DNA of 64,000 nt from a bacterium (GCA_030693205.1 JAUYBG010000019.1:14496-78495); one strand, 5' to 3'. Positions 19,725-29,073 are shown, counted from the stretch's first letter. The notes: generated from the letters alone by a model not told the origin. Program-made: numbers and translations.

Positions 19725-19798
19725 GTCATTGCGAGCGGAGCGAAGCAATCTCAAAATTGGGCTATAGATTGCTTCGTCGCTTTGCTCTTCGCAATGAC
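19725..19798 (+). repeat. long imperfect inverted repeat (about 74 nt) abutting the cysteine desulfurase start
   Basis: GTCATTGCGAGCGGAGCGAAGCAATC ... GATTGCTTCGTCGCTTTGCTCTTCGCAATGAC; outer 10 bp and inner 8 bp pair perfectly with a partially paired interior. It ends 8 nt before the ATG at 19806 and covers the alternative TTG/ATG starts. Confidence 0.6.
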
Positions 19799-19805
19799 TA
19801 TTTAC

Positions 19806-21020
19806 ATGTCCAAAAAACATATATATTTAGATAATGCCGCCACCACTCCGGTGGATCCGGCGGTTTTAAAAGAAATGATGCCGTATTTTTCAAAAAAATT
19901 CGGCAATCCTTTTAGCGTGCATTCTTTTGGGCAGGAAGCGAAAGTGGCGATAGACAACGCCAGAGAGCAAGTGGCGAAATTCCTTGGCGCCAGCGCGGAA
20001 GAAGTTTTTTTCACAAGCGGCGCGACCGAATCCAATAATTGGTCGGTAAATGGAGTTCTAAGCAAGATCAGATCAAGTTTTACGGAAAAAAATCCGCAAA
20101 ATGCTTTTGTTCCCCATATTATTATTTCCGCTTTTGAACATCACTGCGTCTTGAACACTTCTCTCGCGGCGCAAAAATCCGGCGTAAAATTGACCGAGAT
20201 CAAGCCGAACAAGGACGGCGTTGTCAGTGCCGGCGATGTCGCAAGATCAATTACGAATGAAACAGTTTTAGTTTCCATTATGTATGTGAACAACGAGGTC
20301 GGGACGATCCAACCGATAAAAGAGATCGGCGAAGTTATTAAAAAAGCCAAGACCGAGCGCCTGGTGTATGGAAATAAAAATCCGCTTTATTTCCACGTTG
20401 ACGCGGTACAGGCCGCCAATTATCTTGATTGCAACGTGGATCATCTGGGCGTGGATCTGCTTTCTTTGTCAGCGCATAAATTTTACGGGCCGAAAGGCAC
20501 GGGAATTCTCTATGTCCGCCGCGGTACGCGGGTCGGGCCAAGCCAGCATGGCGGCGAACAGGAAAGCAATTTGCGCGCCGGCACGCACAACGTGCCCGGG
20601 ATCGTGGGATTGGGAAAAGCGATAAGCTTGATCGAAAAACACAAGAAAGGTCTGGCAAAAATGAAAAAACTCCGCGATAAATTGATCAACGAAGTCTTGA
20701 AAATTGAAGGCAGCCAGCTCAACGGTTCACGCGAATTTCGCACCCCCAACAATGCCAATTTCAGTTTTCGCGGCATAGAAGGGGAAAGCTTGATAATTTC
20801 GCTCGATATGGCCGGCATCGCCGCTTCGACGGGCTCTGCCTGCTCTTCGGCGAGTCTCGAGCCATCCCACGTTTTAACCGCAATGGGAATTCCGCCCGAA
20901 GTCGCTCATGCCAGTTTGCGCCTGACTCTGGGAAAAGACACAACCGAACAGGAAATAAACTACGTGATAAAAACATTGCCGTCCATCATTGAGCGGCTAA
21001 GGAAAATTTCAGGAAGATAA
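19806..21020 (+). CDS. iscS: cysteine desulfurase (NifS/IscS family, PLP-dependent)
   Basis: IYLDNAATTP N-terminus, PLP-lysine motif SAHKFYGPKG, and active-site Cys region (GSACSS). Start is ambiguous (TTG 19782, ATG 19794, ATG 19806). Confidence 0.85.
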   Translation: MSKKHIYLDNAATTPVDPAVLKEMMPYFSKKFGNPFSVHSFGQEAKVAIDNAREQVAKFLGASAEEVFFTSGATESNNWSVNGVLSKIRSSFTEKNPQNAFVPHIIISAFEHHCVLNTSLAAQKSGVKLTEIKPNKDGVVSAGDVARSITNETVLVSIMYVNNEVGTIQPIKEIGEVIKKAKTERLVYGNKNPLYFHVDAVQAANYLDCNVDHLGVDLLSLSAHKFYGPKGTGILYVRRGTRVGPSQHGGEQESNLRAGTHNVPGIVGLGKAISLIEKHKKGLAKMKKLRDKLINEVLKIEGSQLNGSREFRTPNNANFSFRGIEGESLIISLDMAGIAASTGSACSSASLEPSHVLTAMGIPPEVAHASLRLTLGKDTTEQEINYVIKTLPSIIERLRKISGR

Positions 21021-21124
21021 TGCGATCATCGTATAAATATCGCTAAAATCATAGTAAAGATAACGATCGATGCTGTAATTATCCAGAATATTTTTATGAT
21101 TTTTTTCTGTTTCATAGCTGTTTT

Positions 21125-21613
21125 ATGATTTTTGATCTAACCTATAAATTAAATCCCGGCGAAAGGCTGGTCGGCATCGTGCGAAAGCATTGGTTCTTGA
21201 TCGTTCCCGGGATGCTGGAATTTGCAATCATTATATCATTATTGATTATTTTTGCAAATAAATTCAGCGCCTTGGGAGAAAATTTCGCGATTACCGCTTT
21301 TTTGATCGCCCTATTTATTGTTTATCTTATTTATGCCTGGATTTTGCTGCGTATAAATTATTTTGTTATTACCAGCGAACGGATAATCAAGATAAAGCAG
21401 CGGGGAGTATGGGACAGAGGCATGAACGAGATCTCGATCTCGGATATCAGCGATATTACGCTAAATGAAAAAGGGATCGCCGCGACATTTTTGAAATTCG
21501 GTTCGATCAAAATAACTTTGGGAAATTCGGCGGTCTTCAATATGGCGCATATCGCGGACCATTTAAGGATTTATCAGGGATTGATAAAATTAAAAGGGAT
21601 CAAAAAATCATGA
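21125..21613 (+). CDS. bacterial PH-domain (YdbS/YdbT-like) membrane protein
   Basis: Two TM helices followed by a roughly 80-aa bPH_2-like domain; overlaps the next gene by ATGA. Confidence 0.45.
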   Translation: MIFDLTYKLNPGERLVGIVRKHWFLIVPGMLEFAIIISLLIIFANKFSALGENFAITAFLIALFIVYLIYAWILLRINYFVITSERIIKIKQRGVWDRGMNEISISDISDITLNEKGIAATFLKFGSIKITLGNSAVFNMAHIADHLRIYQGLIKLKGIKKS

Positions 21614-22029
21614 GAGGATCATTTGGCCGGCAGTCTTCCGGCAAAAAAAATCTAAGGCTTGTAATTTTGAATTCGCCCATTTGGCTGATCATAGGTTTTC
21701 TGATCTTTATTTTTGTTTTTTCCGCTTTTTTGCGCATCACCTGGCAGAGAATGGAGATCCAGGGGCAAATCGACAAGCTGAAAAATGAAGCGGAAAGGCT
21801 TGAAACCGACAACAAATACCTGACCGGTTATTTGGATTATTTTGCCTCAGAAAGTTTCAAAGAGCGGGAGATGAGGCTGAAATTAAATTTGCAAAAGCCG
21901 GATGAGCGGGTGATAATTATTTCCCGGGAAGAAAATAAATCAAAAGAAGAAGCGCTCGCTCCTCTGGACGACAGGTCTCAGGCGCTATCCAATATGAAAA
22001 AATGGTGGGAATATTTTTTTGGGAAATGA
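21610..22029 (+). CDS. septum formation initiator family protein (FtsB/DivIC-like)
   Basis: N-terminal TM, coiled-coil, then the conserved C-terminal motif (ESFKEREMRLKLNLQKPDERVIII). Confidence 0.55.
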   Translation: MRGSFGRQSSGKKNLRLVILNSPIWLIIGFLIFIFVFSAFLRITWQRMEIQGQIDKLKNEAERLETDNKYLTGYLDYFASESFKEREMRLKLNLQKPDERVIIISREENKSKEEALAPLDDRSQALSNMKKWWEYFFGK

Positions 22030-22087
22030 AAAAAGCGCGCGAGGCTTGCTTGTTGCCTGAAAATGCTGTAAAATAATTTATTAATTT

Positions 22088-22161
22088 GCGGGTATAGTAT
22101 ACTGGTATTATGTGTCCTTCCCAAGGATAAGAAACGGGTTCGATTCCCGTTACCCGCTCCA
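22088..22161 (+). tRNA. tRNA-Gly (anticodon CCC) with encoded CCA
   Basis: Acceptor GCGGGTA/TACCCGC, anticodon stem TGTCC/GGATA, loop TTCCCAA, T-arm CGGGTTCGATTCCCG, discriminator T, then CCA. Confidence 0.8.
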
Positions 22162-22174
22162 AATATTAAAAAAT

Positions 22175-22199
22175 CCCGAAAAATCTTCGGGTTTTTTTT
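22175..22199. terminator. bidirectional rho-independent terminator (tRNA-Gly on +, ZIP gene on -)
   Basis: CCCGAA-aaatc-TTCGGG stem-loop with a T-run downstream on + and an A-run upstream. Confidence 0.6.
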
Positions 22200-22225
22200 A
22201 AATTTTGTTTACTAAGAATGATTTT

Positions 22226-22981
22226 TTACCCTACTAAAGTTAGCAGCGCCAGCATTCCAATTCCCAAAAGGATGGATAGAAATTGATAGATCGAGGCTGA
22301 AACTTTGGTTTCGTGCTGAAGCTCGGGCATCAGATCGGATCCGGCGATATAGATAAATCCTCCGGCGGTTATTGGAAGAAGATACAAGGCGAAGTTTTCG
22401 ATGCGGGAAGATATTAGTAGAGTGATCACGCCGCCGAAAAGAGCGAATAGCGCCGATAGGAAATTCAAGAACAAAGCTTTCCTGGCAGGCATGCCGCTAT
22501 GAAGAAGCACGCCGAATTCGCCGATTTCCTGGGGTATTTCATGTAAAACTATGGCGATGGTGGTTGAGATGCCCAAGGGAATGCTGACTATATAGCTCGC
22601 GCCGATAAGCATCCCGTCAACAAGATTGTGGACGGCGTCTCCGATCAGGTTCATTGTCGCCAGAGGATGCGTGTGATGATCGGATGTGGGAATATGGCAG
22701 TGGCGCCACCGGACGAATTTTTCCAGAGCGAAAAAAATAAAAATTCCGGACAAGATTAGCATAGAGGTCGCGAGGCTGGAACCGAGTTTTTCAAAAGATT
22801 CCGGGATCAGATGGATAAAAGCGTCTCCGAAAAGCGCTCCTACCGCAAAGCTGACCAGGAAGATAAGGAATTTTTTTAATTTTTTCTCATTGAAAGAAAG
22901 GAAAAAAACTCCAATAAGCGAAATAGAGCTCACTAGGAGCAAGCTAGCGATTGTATAGAGCCACACTGCCGCATATTGCAT
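22226..22981 (-). CDS. ZIP-family divalent metal transporter (ZupT-like)
   Basis: Polytopic; conserved HEIPQEIGEFGVL motif and HNLVDG helix typical of ZIP/ZupT. Confidence 0.75.
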   Translation of the reverse strand: MQYAAVWLYTIASLLLVSSISLIGVFFLSFNEKKLKKFLIFLVSFAVGALFGDAFIHLIPESFEKLGSSLATSMLILSGIFIFFALEKFVRWRHCHIPTSDHHTHPLATMNLIGDAVHNLVDGMLIGASYIVSIPLGISTTIAIVLHEIPQEIGEFGVLLHSGMPARKALFLNFLSALFALFGGVITLLISSRIENFALYLLPITAGGFIYIAGSDLMPELQHETKVSASIYQFLSILLGIGMLALLTLVG

Positions 22982-23008
22982 AAAATTACATTCTAAAAGT
23001 AAAGTAAA

Positions 23009-23584
23009 TTAAAATTTTGCGTTAAATCTTTTTTCAACCGCCAGCCAGTCGATCGCCTTAAAAAACGCTTCAATATAATCCGCGCGCTTTATGCCATAGT
23101 CCGCGAGATACGCGTGCTCGAATACGTCCATGACCAGAAGAGGAACAGCACCGGCGAGATGCCCGGCATCATGCTCGTTTATCCAGACGTTAAATAATTC
23201 TCCAGAAAGTTCGTCATAAAAAAGAATTGTCCAGCCAATCCCGCGCATCATGCCAACTCCGGCAAAATTCTTTTCCCATTGTTCAAGACTGCCGTATATT
23301 TTTTCCATTTTCGCCCGCAATTTTCCGCCGGGGAGCTCATTACTTTCATTGGATAGGTTCTCGAAATAAAGCTCGTGTAAGCGCATACCATTCCATTCCC
23401 ATCCAAAGCGCCTTTGAAGCTCTGAATATTCGGGAGTTCCCGCTTCTTTAGTATCTAGAAGATCAAGAAGCTTATTCGTATTTGCCACGTAGCCCTGATA
23501 AAGCGTAAAATGCGCTTTAAGCAAATTTTCGCTTAAACCTTTGACGCCAAGCAGGCTGGAGAAATCTTTTGCTTCATAAGCCAT
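23009..23584 (-). CDS. sodA: superoxide dismutase (Fe/Mn family)
   Basis: Metal-ligand His motifs; WEWNGMRLHELYF and DVFEHAYLADYG signature. Confidence 0.85.
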   Translation of the reverse strand: MAYEAKDFSSLLGVKGLSENLLKAHFTLYQGYVANTNKLLDLLDTKEAGTPEYSELQRRFGWEWNGMRLHELYFENLSNESNELPGGKLRAKMEKIYGSLEQWEKNFAGVGMMRGIGWTILFYDELSGELFNVWINEHDAGHLAGAVPLLVMDVFEHAYLADYGIKRADYIEAFFKAIDWLAVEKRFNAKF

Positions 23585-23901
23585 ATTTTTTATTTAGCTT
23601 TTAAAATATTGGTTTCTGTTTATAGAATAGCACAAAACTCAAGGTTTTCCAAGCTTTAAATTTGTACTTTTAAAACTTGACAAATTTATTAAATTGAACA
23701 ATAATAAGACACAAGCTTTAAGATAACTGATAGCAGACTTAAGGCTTTTTTACCCACTTTTTTGCTTTTGAAGCATAATAAGTGGACAAAACTGCTCTTT
23801 TACAATATTGTTGTATAGTGGGGAATAAATTGGCCACTTTTTGCGGTTAATTTATTCTCTGCTATGCTTAATAATTATGCAGAGGATAGGATGGATCAAA
23901 A

Positions 23902-26496
23902 ATGAACAAAAAGAACAGAAAAGTAAAAGAAATGCAAAGAAAGATACCGTCAATGATGGCAATCTTTATTTTGCTGGCAGCCGTGATGGCAGGCATTCCA
24001 GGCGCAATTGCGGCACCAATCCCGACAATCGAATTCACTTATGTTCCGCCAGTTGGGAGTTATGATAATTTGCAAGGGAAAGTGACAAATGTTACCCCGG
24101 CGGATTATAAAGTCGCGGTCTACATCTATGTATACGGATGGTGGACAAAACCATATTTTGCATCGCCAATAACATCTATTGGCAGTGATGGAACGTGGTC
24201 TTGCGATATAACAACCGGTGGTTCCGATCAAACTGCGACGAGAGTTAAGGCATATTTGATTCCGAATGGATATAATCCACCCGGCATGAGTGGAGGAGGA
24301 GTATTTCCTGCCGAATTAAGCGCAAATGCAGTTGCCGTTGTCGAGTATGACAGAACTGTTACACCCACGCCAACACCCACGCCAACACCCACGCCCGCGG
24401 CAAAAATAGAAATAACATATATGCCGCCATTTGGTAGCATTGGTAACTTAGGTAACTTACAAGGAAAAGTTTCCAATGTAAATCCGGCGGATTATAAAGT
24501 TGCTGTTTACATTTATGTAAGCGGATGGTGGACAAAACCCAGTTTTAGTTCGCCACTGACATCGATTCAAAATAATGGTGTTTGGGAAACCTTTATAACA
24601 ACCGGTGGTTCCGATCAGTATGCGACGAGAGTTAAGGCATATTTGATTCCGAATGGATATACTCCTCCAACAATGAGCGGGCAGCAAATATTTTCAGATG
24701 AACTGGAAGCAAAAGCAGTTGCCAAAATTGAAGCTCCTAAGAGACAGGAGAGGATAATAAACTTTTCCGGACGTGATTGGATAGTGAAATACAGCGCTAT
24801 TCCAGAGGGTCCGGGATTGAATTATTTCTCTGACGGCACTGACAGTGTTCGAGTTGACGAACAAGGCCAGTTGCACTTGAAAATAATCAAAGTAGGAAAC
24901 ACCTGGTATAGTTCCGAAGTGATATCGAAAGATTCTCTCGGATATGGCGAGTACATTTTCTATCTTGCCAGCAGGGCCGACCAGATTGACAAGAATGTCG
25001 TGTTAGGAATGTTTACTTGGGATACTTTTGCTCCATCGTTTAATCATCGTGAGATAGATATCGAAATCTCAAGGTGGGGACAGGATGCCAATGATAATTC
25101 CCAATTTGTGGTACAACCTTGGAATAGAGCTAGCAATATGCACAGGTTCAATGCGGACTTTGCCGGAAATTATTCGGTGCACTCCTTTAATTGGAGCGAT
25201 TCGAAGATCAGCTTCAAGAGTTTAAGAGGACTAAATGTTTCTTCTCAAAATTCTTCCGATCTGATCAACTCCTGGGATTATATGGGCAGCGATATTCCGC
25301 CTCCGGGTGGAGAAAATGCGCGCATAAACTTATGGCTGTTTGATCCGTCCAATGTTTTGGGCAAGCCACCGTCTGACGGCAAAGAAGTCGAGGTGATCAT
25401 CAGAAAATTTAAGTTTGTTCCCCAAGGATCCGAGATCGTCTTAACCCCGAGGATATTTGTCGCTAAAAGCGCCAGTTCGGCAACTCTTCCTGTTGGAGGA
25501 GGAAATGCCAGCTACTCTTATAAAGTAGTGAATACGGGAGATTTGACCCTGTCAAATATAACGCTTATTGACGATAAGTGCGCGCCGGTTGTTTATGCCG
25601 ATGGCGACGTAAATTCCAATTCACAGCTTGAAACTACGGAAACGTGGAATTATGCTTGCGAAAAAAGAATAAACGAAACAACGACAAATATAGTGACGGC
25701 CACAGGAAACCATAGCGGATCTTCGGTATCAGATAGCGATACAGCCACAGTGACAGTTGCAGTCCCGACACCCACGCCGTATAAAGGAGGAGGCAGCGAT
25801 TCTTCTACTGGCAGTAGCGGAGGCGGTGGAAGCGGAGTTACGTCTTGCGAAAAATTTGCAAATATAAAAAAGAGCTTCAATAACGAAGTGTTTGTTTCTG
25901 TCAAGTCAAATCCTGCTGTCTATAAGTTTAAGGATTTGGAAATAGTGAAAGAAGCAGGGTTTACACCGACCTATTCCGAAGGGTTAGTAACTGCCAAAAG
26001 CGAGGATCTCCGAGGAAGGTCAGCATGTGTCTCGGTCGACGCTCCCAGTAGCACAAAAGTTGTTTATTTCAACCTTTGGGTTGGTACAAGCAATTATAGT
26101 AGTTCAAGCAAGATCAAAGACGGTTTTATCTTGTTTGGAATGCCGAAAGATCTGTCTGATAGCGATATCGGGAACATCAAGCTGATGTTTTTCAAAAATG
26201 GTATATGGAAAGACATAAATTACGAAAAAGTTGAAGAAGGAATTTATAAAGCATATGTACCAGGATTCGGAAATTTCGTTTTGGCGGAGATATTCGAATT
26301 GAAGATCGTTCCTGTAACTCCGGAAGAGATAGAAAAAATTAAATCAATGCAGAATGCCAACGTTCCTAAAGAAACAACGAAGCCTTTGCCTGTTGAACCA
26401 GTCAATACTCCCCAGCAAACGCCAGGGTTTTTCTTGGCAGGTGCAATTCTGGCAATAGCTTTCGCCTGTATCTTTGGAAGAAAGAAAAATAATTAA
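23902..26496 (+). CDS. large secreted/surface protein: signal peptide, two tandem roughly 115-aa repeats, (TP)n linker, GH16-like domain, DUF11-like repeat, C-terminal PGF-CTERM-like anchor
   Basis: N-terminal signal peptide. Repeats cover about 24013-24352 and 24400-24742, roughly 60% identical, joined by TPTPTPTPTPTP (24361-24399). EIDIE motif (HREIDIEISRWGQ) resembles the GH16 catalytic E-x-D-x-E. C-terminus is QQTPGFFLAGAILAIAFACIFGRKKNN. Confidence 0.7.
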   Translation: MNKKNRKVKEMQRKIPSMMAIFILLAAVMAGIPGAIAAPIPTIEFTYVPPVGSYDNLQGKVTNVTPADYKVAVYIYVYGWWTKPYFASPITSIGSDGTWSCDITTGGSDQTATRVKAYLIPNGYNPPGMSGGGVFPAELSANAVAVVEYDRTVTPTPTPTPTPTPAAKIEITYMPPFGSIGNLGNLQGKVSNVNPADYKVAVYIYVSGWWTKPSFSSPLTSIQNNGVWETFITTGGSDQYATRVKAYLIPNGYTPPTMSGQQIFSDELEAKAVAKIEAPKRQERIINFSGRDWIVKYSAIPEGPGLNYFSDGTDSVRVDEQGQLHLKIIKVGNTWYSSEVISKDSLGYGEYIFYLASRADQIDKNVVLGMFTWDTFAPSFNHREIDIEISRWGQDANDNSQFVVQPWNRASNMHRFNADFAGNYSVHSFNWSDSKISFKSLRGLNVSSQNSSDLINSWDYMGSDIPPPGGENARINLWLFDPSNVLGKPPSDGKEVEVIIRKFKFVPQGSEIVLTPRIFVAKSASSATLPVGGGNASYSYKVVNTGDLTLSNITLIDDKCAPVVYADGDVNSNSQLETTETWNYACEKRINETTTNIVTATGNHSGSSVSDSDTATVTVAVPTPTPYKGGGSDSSTGSSGGGGSGVTSCEKFANIKKSFNNEVFVSVKSNPAVYKFKDLEIVKEAGFTPTYSEGLVTAKSEDLRGRSACVSVDAPSSTKVVYFNLWVGTSNYSSSSKIKDGFILFGMPKDLSDSDIGNIKLMFFKNGIWKDINYEKVEEGIYKAYVPGFGNFVLAEIFELKIVPVTPEEIEKIKSMQNANVPKETTKPLPVEPVNTPQQTPGFFLAGAILAIAFACIFGRKKNN

Positions 26497-26704
26497 AAAC
26501 TATAAAATATATTAAGGCGGTAAAGGACAAAACTCTTTTAACCGTCTTTTTTTAAAATAAATAAGATTAACACTGTTTTCCGCGGAAAAAGATTAATTTC
26601 ATTTCCGTTTTTTTATTGGGTGACGTAGATTGACATTACGGTGCGTTTCTGCTACTCTTAGCTTAAATTTGCACCTTAGACAAAAAAGGCGCGAGGAGGA
26701 AAAT

Positions 26705-27508
26705 ATGAGAAAAAGTATTGGAAATATTATGATAATTATGCTTATTATAGGCATAGTTATAATGAGTGGATGTGTTGGAAAAGATACAAGTGAACTAAAA
26801 TACGGCGTTAAGAATACCACTTTGGTAACCGTTGATTCTTTGCCTTCCGGCGCAAGCGTTTGGCTTGAAAACACTGGAAAAGTCGAAGACGCTCAACGTC
26901 TCGGGGTTACGCCCTTAAATGTGGAATTGCCTAAAGATAAGGAATACACGGTTTGGCTGCAATTATCCTTGCCAGAATATCGCTTGATGACCCGTAATAT
27001 TCCGGAAATTCAGCGACGTTTAGATACTTTCGAGCGCGACGAAAAATATAATTTAGTTTTTCCCGGCGATAGCTTTTTCGAAATATATTCAAACAAGCAC
27101 CAAACATTTACAACAACCACGTATCCACCAAGGCTAGTCGTTGTAAGGATACCGCATAAATTATCCACTCTGTGGATGTTAGGCGATAAGATCAGGGTAG
27201 CGGGTATTTTTGTACCAGCTGGCATGAATTCTGACATTCTTCTGCCTTTGGCGGGAAAGGAAAGAATATATGAATATTCAGAAGAAGGTTATAGGAATGC
27301 AATGAAAAGCTACAACACTCCGCCGGATCTGGTCGAAAGATCATTTCCCTTATTGACTCGCGCCGGAGTGACATTGGTAATTTTTCCCATTGAAGCGGTT
27401 GGCAATGAGCCACCCCAAGAGATGGTACTGCGCATTACCGCGTCATCTCCCGATAATCCCGATGGTCTCGCAGAATGGGAAGTTAGGACACGCGCAAGAA
27501 CAAGCTAA
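26705..27508 (+). CDS. putative lipoprotein, hypothetical
   Basis: GGAGGA SD 6 nt upstream of the ATG at 26705; signal peptide with lipobox-like IMSGC. The in-frame upstream extension to 26630 has no SD and is rejected. Confidence 0.5.
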   Translation: MRKSIGNIMIIMLIIGIVIMSGCVGKDTSELKYGVKNTTLVTVDSLPSGASVWLENTGKVEDAQRLGVTPLNVELPKDKEYTVWLQLSLPEYRLMTRNIPEIQRRLDTFERDEKYNLVFPGDSFFEIYSNKHQTFTTTTYPPRLVVVRIPHKLSTLWMLGDKIRVAGIFVPAGMNSDILLPLAGKERIYEYSEEGYRNAMKSYNTPPDLVERSFPLLTRAGVTLVIFPIEAVGNEPPQEMVLRITASSPDNPDGLAEWEVRTRARTS

Positions 27509-27683
27509 GTGTTAAAAAAAAGAAATTTAGCGGCTAATCGAATAAAAAAGTAGATAGCCGTTTTTTTATTGATTTTATACTCAAATACATATATAATTCG
27601 TATAATACTTCCGAAGCCTCGATAGTGCGAGGCGAAGGAGTATATACTGGATTTGGGGTAAGATTAGAGTAATAAGCCTAAAC

Positions 27684-27706
27684 AATCAAGCGGGCGGGGA
27701 AATTGG
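27684..27706 (+). repeat. 23-bp direct repeat, copy 1 (AATCAAGCGGGCGGGGAAATTGG), upstream of fic
   Basis: 22/23 identical to copy 2 at 28996-29020; followed by the tandem GGTTGACAAGAG x2 (27705-27727). Confidence 0.6.
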
Positions 27707-27815
27707 TTGACAAGAGGTTGACAAGAGAATTAATACAAGTTAGTATATGTATCTGACAAGATATATACTAAGTGTTATTATGGTATATATTTAATAATGA
27801 AAGTAAACTATCTTT

Positions 27816-28946
27816 ATGAATGTCGAAATATGTAAAAAAATAAGGCAAAAAGAGGGCTTTACGGCCTATATTCCAGCCGCTTTTCCTCCAAAAGGCATAT
27901 TTAATTTGCCTCAAAAACTTCTTATTAAGTGTGCCGAAGCGGATCGTTTAATTGGTAAGTTGGATGGTATAACGCATACGTTGCCCGATATTGAATTCTT
28001 TTTAAAAATGTATGTTGCTAAAGATGCGACTTCTTCGGCACAAATCGAAGGAACAAAAGCTACAATGATTGACGCGATAGAAATGGATGCCAAAATTGAC
28101 GTAAAACAAAGCGATGCTCAGGATATTTTGTTTTATATTACGGCTGTTAACTATGGAATAAAAAGAATCAAAGAATTTTCCTTGTCTTTGCGGTTTATCC
28201 GCGAATTGCATTCTAAACTGATGACTGGAGCGCGTTCGACTCATTTTTCCGACCCGGGTGAATTTCGTCATTCGCAAAATTGGATAGGGGGGACTACGCC
28301 GGCCAATGCTTCTTTTGTGCCGCCGTCTATAAATGAAATGAGTATCGCATTGAATGATTTTGAAAAATTCTTGCATGATAAGGAATCAACACTTCCGCTT
28401 ATACAGATTGCTTTAGTCCACGCGCAATTTGAAACTATTCATCCATTTTTGGACGGTAATGGTAGAACCGGCAGACTTTTAATTACACTTTTGATGTATC
28501 AACGCGAATTGTTGGAGCGACCAGTGCTGTTTTTATCATCTTATTTTAAAAAACACCAAAAAATTTACTACTCCAAATTAAACGGATATCACAATGGTGA
28601 AGTTGACGAATGGTTAAACTTTTTTCTCGATGGAGTTATAGAAATAGCAACTGAATCCATTGACGTATCAAAAAAAATTAGGCAATTGCGCGATGATGAT
28701 ATGACAAAAATTCAAAGTTTGGCAAGGCGAGAATCGGAAAGCGGGGTAAGGGTTTTATCCAATCTTTTCGCGAATCCCATTATTAACACAAGAATTATAA
28801 TGGGATGGACGGGATTTACTCGTGCAGGAGCTCAAAAATTGATCGATCGTTTTGTTGAACTGGATATATTGGAAACTATGGATAAAAAAGGCGTGTATGA
28901 TCGGAAATATACATATAGAAAATATTTAGATTCATTTATTATGTAA
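27816..28946 (+). CDS. Fic/Doc family protein (AMPylation/phosphocholination-type filamentation domain)
   Basis: Canonical Fic motif HPFLDGNGRTGR; about 376 aa with a C-terminal wHTH-like region. Confidence 0.85.
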   Translation: MNVEICKKIRQKEGFTAYIPAAFPPKGIFNLPQKLLIKCAEADRLIGKLDGITHTLPDIEFFLKMYVAKDATSSAQIEGTKATMIDAIEMDAKIDVKQSDAQDILFYITAVNYGIKRIKEFSLSLRFIRELHSKLMTGARSTHFSDPGEFRHSQNWIGGTTPANASFVPPSINEMSIALNDFEKFLHDKESTLPLIQIALVHAQFETIHPFLDGNGRTGRLLITLLMYQRELLERPVLFLSSYFKKHQKIYYSKLNGYHNGEVDEWLNFFLDGVIEIATESIDVSKKIRQLRDDDMTKIQSLARRESESGVRVLSNLFANPIINTRIIMGWTGFTRAGAQKLIDRFVELDILETMDKKGVYDRKYTYRKYLDSFIM

Positions 28947-28995
28947 TTTTATGAACGAATTGGAAACAAGAGCGGAATATATTGATCCGAAGCCC

Positions 28996-29020
28996 AAATC
29001 AAGCGGGCGGGGGAATTGGG
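28996..29020 (+). repeat. 23-bp direct repeat, copy 2 (AATCAAGCGGGCGGGGGAATTGG), downstream of fic
   Basis: Near-identical to 27684-27706; the two copies bracket the fic gene. Confidence 0.6.
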
Positions 29021-29073
29021 GGTAAAAAACAGGAGGATAATTATAAAAATAGCGTAGTTTTTATTAGTTTATA

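Noticed and set aside
20141-20976. Antisense or alternate-frame ORFs within the cysteine desulfurase gene (20338..20658 -, 20368..20625 +, 20510..20818 -, 20761..20976 -)
   Set aside because: They overlap a well-supported PLP enzyme gene and their translations are Arg/Pro-rich GC-frame artefacts.
21917-22162. 81-aa minus-strand ORF beginning MERVTGIEPV
   Set aside because: GIEPV is the classic translation of a tRNA T-arm read in reverse; it overlaps tRNA-Gly(CCC) and the FtsB-like gene.
24361-24399. Short tandem DNA repeat (cccacgccaaca x3), considered as a possible CRISPR-like or minisatellite array
   Set aside because: It lies in-frame inside the large surface-protein gene and encodes a (Thr-Pro)n linker; it has no spacers and no cas genes and is only about 39 bp.
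26630-26704. 5' extension of the lipoprotein ORF to the TTG/ATG at 26630
   Set aside because: There is no SD there, whereas the ATG at 26705 has GGAGGA at optimal spacing and begins a textbook signal peptide plus lipobox.
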